Assembly (NCBI RefSeq): GCF_021869535.1
Contig: NW_026262637.1
Coordinates: 16,864,001-16,928,000, forward strand
Source of the DNA: Mytilus californianus
Taxonomy: Eukaryota
Length of the DNA: 64,000 nt
Direction of reading: 5' to 3'
Shown: piece by piece, positions 61,075 to 64,000 of the stretch
Numbering within the stretch: the first letter of the stretch is position 1
How the letters are laid out: each line of letters begins with the position of its first letter
Translations under genes and position numbers: made by a program
The notes under the pieces: model-generated
Told to the model about the DNA's origin: nothing
Database searches by the model: none
What the model saw: the letters and a program-made list of their open reading frames with translations, nothing else

Positions 61075-63615
61075 AATTTTTCTTTTATTTATAATCTTTA
61101 CAATTTTTATTTGACTTTTAATTTTTACATTTTTTTATATATTTTTTTTTTCATATTAAGATAGGCATATTTAGTTTAGGTGAGAGAATGTTTTAAGGAG
61201 GACTTCATGGGTAAGTGCATCCTTAAAGTTGTCTGTAGAGGTTTGATTTGAAATTTCAGGTGGTAATTTATTTCAATCTTTGATTGTTTGGCTGAAGAAT
61301 GAGAATTTAAAACTGTCTTTGTTACATTGGAGTTGTCTGTATGTTCGTTGATTAGGTAGGTCTTGTTTTGGACTGGCTTTTTTTATGAGAATGTCTTGCA
61401 ATGGTATTGCAATTTCATTGTTTATGACTTTATGGAACATTTGAAGTCTAGTTTTTAACCTGCGTTCTTGTAAGGTTTGCCAGTTTAGTTTATGTTGCAT
61501 TTCAGATACACTGCTGGTGTTGTGATATCTGTTGCAAGTAAATCGTGCAGCTCTCCTTTGCACTTGTTCCAGTATGTATATGTTTTCAGAAGTGTGTGGA
61601 TCTCAAACTGTGCAGCAATATTCTAATTTTGGTCTTACTATAGTTTGATAAGCTCTTATCTTTACTAATTTTGAGTTAATTTTTAGATTTCGTCTGATAA
61701 ATGATAAGGATTGATTTGCTTTTGCTGCTGATTGTTATATATGTAAATTTGTTCCATTTAAGATCTGAAGACATTGTAATGACTAGATATTTTGCTGATT
61801 GTACTTGTTCTAGGATATGGCCATGCATGTTGTAATAAAAATGTATTTGTTTTTTCTTTGTTGAGACTCTTAGGATGTTACATTTGTCAGGGTGGAATGA
61901 CATGAGCCAGTCTTTCTCCCATTTTATAGCTGCTTCTATGTGTTCTTGTAGCTTAAGACAATCGTTTTGGCAGGTAAAAGGCCGGTAGATAAAGCAGTCA
62001 TCTGCAAAGAATCTTATTTGGATGTGTTTATGGTAGTCAGGTAAGTCGTTTATATATATAAGAAAGAGTATTGGTCCTAGTACAGCGCCCTGAGGAACGC
62101 CTGATATCGATGTTACCTGAAATGCCATAGTGTTTTAATTTGTAAAGTAAGCGTTTGTGTAGCACTTTATCGAATGCTTTGGCAAAATCCATGATTACTA
62201 GATCAGTTTGTATATTTTTATCATTGTTTTGAGCAAGTTGCATGGTGTATAAGAGATATTACTTGTGATTTGCATGATCTTTTTGCTCTAAATCCTTGTT
62301 GTAGTCCATAAAGTATTTTATTAGTTTCGAGTTGTTTCATCATGTTGCTAGCCAGTATATGTTCAAGTAATTTACATGACATGCAGGTAAGTGAAATTGG
62401 TCTATATTTACCAGGATGATAAAATTGAGAATGGAAATGGGGAATATGTCAAAGAGACAACAACCCGATCAAAGAGCAGACAACAGCCGAAGGCCACCAA
62501 TGGGTCTTCAACGCAGCGAGAAAATCCCGCACCCGGAGGTGGTCCTCAGCTGGCCCCTAAATAAAATTGTGTACTAGTTCAGTGAAAATGGACGTCACAC
62601 TAAACTCCCAAACATATAAATGAACTAAAATTAAAAAACATACAAGACTAACAAATGCCAGAGGCTCCTGACTTGGAACAGGCGCAAAAATGCAGCGTGG
62701 TTAAACATGTTTTGTGAGATCTCAACCCTCCCCCTATACCTCTAGCCAATGTAGAATAAAGAAACACATAGTAATACGCACAGTAAAACTCAGTTTAAAA
62801 GAAATCCGAGTCCGATGTCAGAATAGGTAACAAAAGAAACTAAGCAAAATGACAAAAATGATGTTTGTCTCCTTTTTTGAATACTGGTGTAACGTTGGCA
62901 TGGTTCCAGTCCGATGGTACTTTGCATGTTTCTAGAGATTTGCTGAAAATGATAGTAAGTATATCTGAGGTTATTTCGGTGTTTTCCTTCAGTATTTTGC
63001 CAGCAATAGTATCTGGTCCTGTAGCTTTGTTGGTGTTTATGTTTTAATAAGTTTGTATACGCCTTCTCGACTGATGTTAATTTGTTCCATTTTAGGGTGT
63101 GAACTAGGTTCCATCGTTGGTACTTCTGTATTTGTTTCTGATGTGAAAGAAGATTGGAATTGGTTGCTTAATATGTTTGCTTTTTCATAGGGGTTTGTAT
63201 GAAGGGTACCTTCGCTTCGTAAAGATGCAATGCCGGTGTTTTCATTTCTTATATATGAGTATAGCTTTTTGGGTTGCTTGTTGAAGCATTGCTGGTCTGG
63301 TTCGTACATGGAGCGATTTATTTGTTGGCAGTTGATGTGATACCACTGTCCACAGCTGTCACAGCAGACAGCTTCATTTTGCCATGTGACTGCATATTTG
63401 CATGTTCCGCAAGGATATTTTGGTGTACGTGGCCCTGGATTTGGTTCAAGGGCATAGGAGTTGGTAAGTTGATTCGCGAAACGTATATATATTCATAAAG
63501 GTGCATATCACATATGTTTACATCATTGTTGTTTTCTGACCTGAAGAATCCTCATAAAACTTATCTGGTGCATCTATCTCCTCTACAAAGTTGTATTCGT
63601 ATATAGCAGTCTTTA
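61075..63615 (-). mobile_element. Degenerate CR1/L2-clade LINE (reverse transcriptase and 3' part of ORF2), interrupted at about 62419-62860
   Basis: RT motifs: KYRPISLTCMSCKLLEH, DLVIMDFAKAFDKV.H.RLL.KL.HYGI.G, SGVPQGAVLGPILFLIYINDLP, IRFFADDC, W...W.M.FHPDKC and VQRRAARF..L.W.TLQ.RR...RL..F.K. It has multiple frameshifts and an A-rich tail near 61075-61160. Confidence 0.9.
62419..62860 (+). mobile_element. Dispersed repeat inserted into the LINE (ataaaattgagaatggaaatggggaatatgtcaaagagac...)
   Basis: Removing it rejoins the LINE frame (GDKH|HPGKYRPISL). A 5' fragment of the same repeat lies at about 7620-7685. Confidence 0.75.
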
Positions 63616-64000
63616 TTGTACATAAATTAGGCCGTTAGTTTTCTCGTTTGAATTGTTTTACATTTGTCATTTCGGGGCCTTTTATAGCTGACTATGCGGT
63701 ATGGGCTTTGCTCATTGTTGAAGGCCGTACGGTGACCCACTGTTGTTAATTTCTGTGTCATTTGGTCTCTTGTGAAGAGGTGTCTCATTGGCAATCATAC
63801 CACATCTTTTTTTATATTTGCCACAAAAAAAAAAGAACAACCACTTATACAGTTACTATCTTACTTAACTTCGAGGTTGTATCAACTATGGAATATGTAA
63901 AGATGACCTGCTCGTTATTGCCTTATTGAAAAATATCACTGAAAAGTATGTTAGTGTGGTCGACATGTTGCTAAATGCTGTATATCGATCATATATGACA

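Overview
AT-rich, intron-containing eukaryotic DNA. The dispersed repeats look like those of a bivalve, probably Mytilus (recognition, not a database result). The main content is a head-to-head pair of small secreted Cys-rich genes that I spliced together by hand. Gene A is on the minus strand (CDS 11174->9194, 213 aa). Gene B is on the plus strand (11721->15184, 239 aa) and has a Spaetzle/neurotrophin-type cystine-knot Cys pattern. A and B are distant paralogues with matching exon sizes and intron phases, and they share a ~220-bp bidirectional promoter with two TATA boxes. A lacks exactly the Cys III and Cys VI knot pair. The whole A/B module is duplicated intact about 29.7 kb downstream (A2 40919->38524, B2 41486->45142), and a decayed third fragment of A lies at 4680-5243. 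The rest is transposon-derived: a THAP/HTH/DDE PIF-Harbinger transposase pseudogene (127-1289), several Helentron-like non-autonomous elements (HINEs) with internal tandem arrays, a ~16-kb CACTA-like element between the two modules, hAT-type and other MITEs with visible TSDs, a decayed ~11-kb multi-exon gene of unknown family (59476->48584), and a degenerate CR1/L2-type LINE (about 61075-63615). I found no rRNA, tRNA or CRISPR array.
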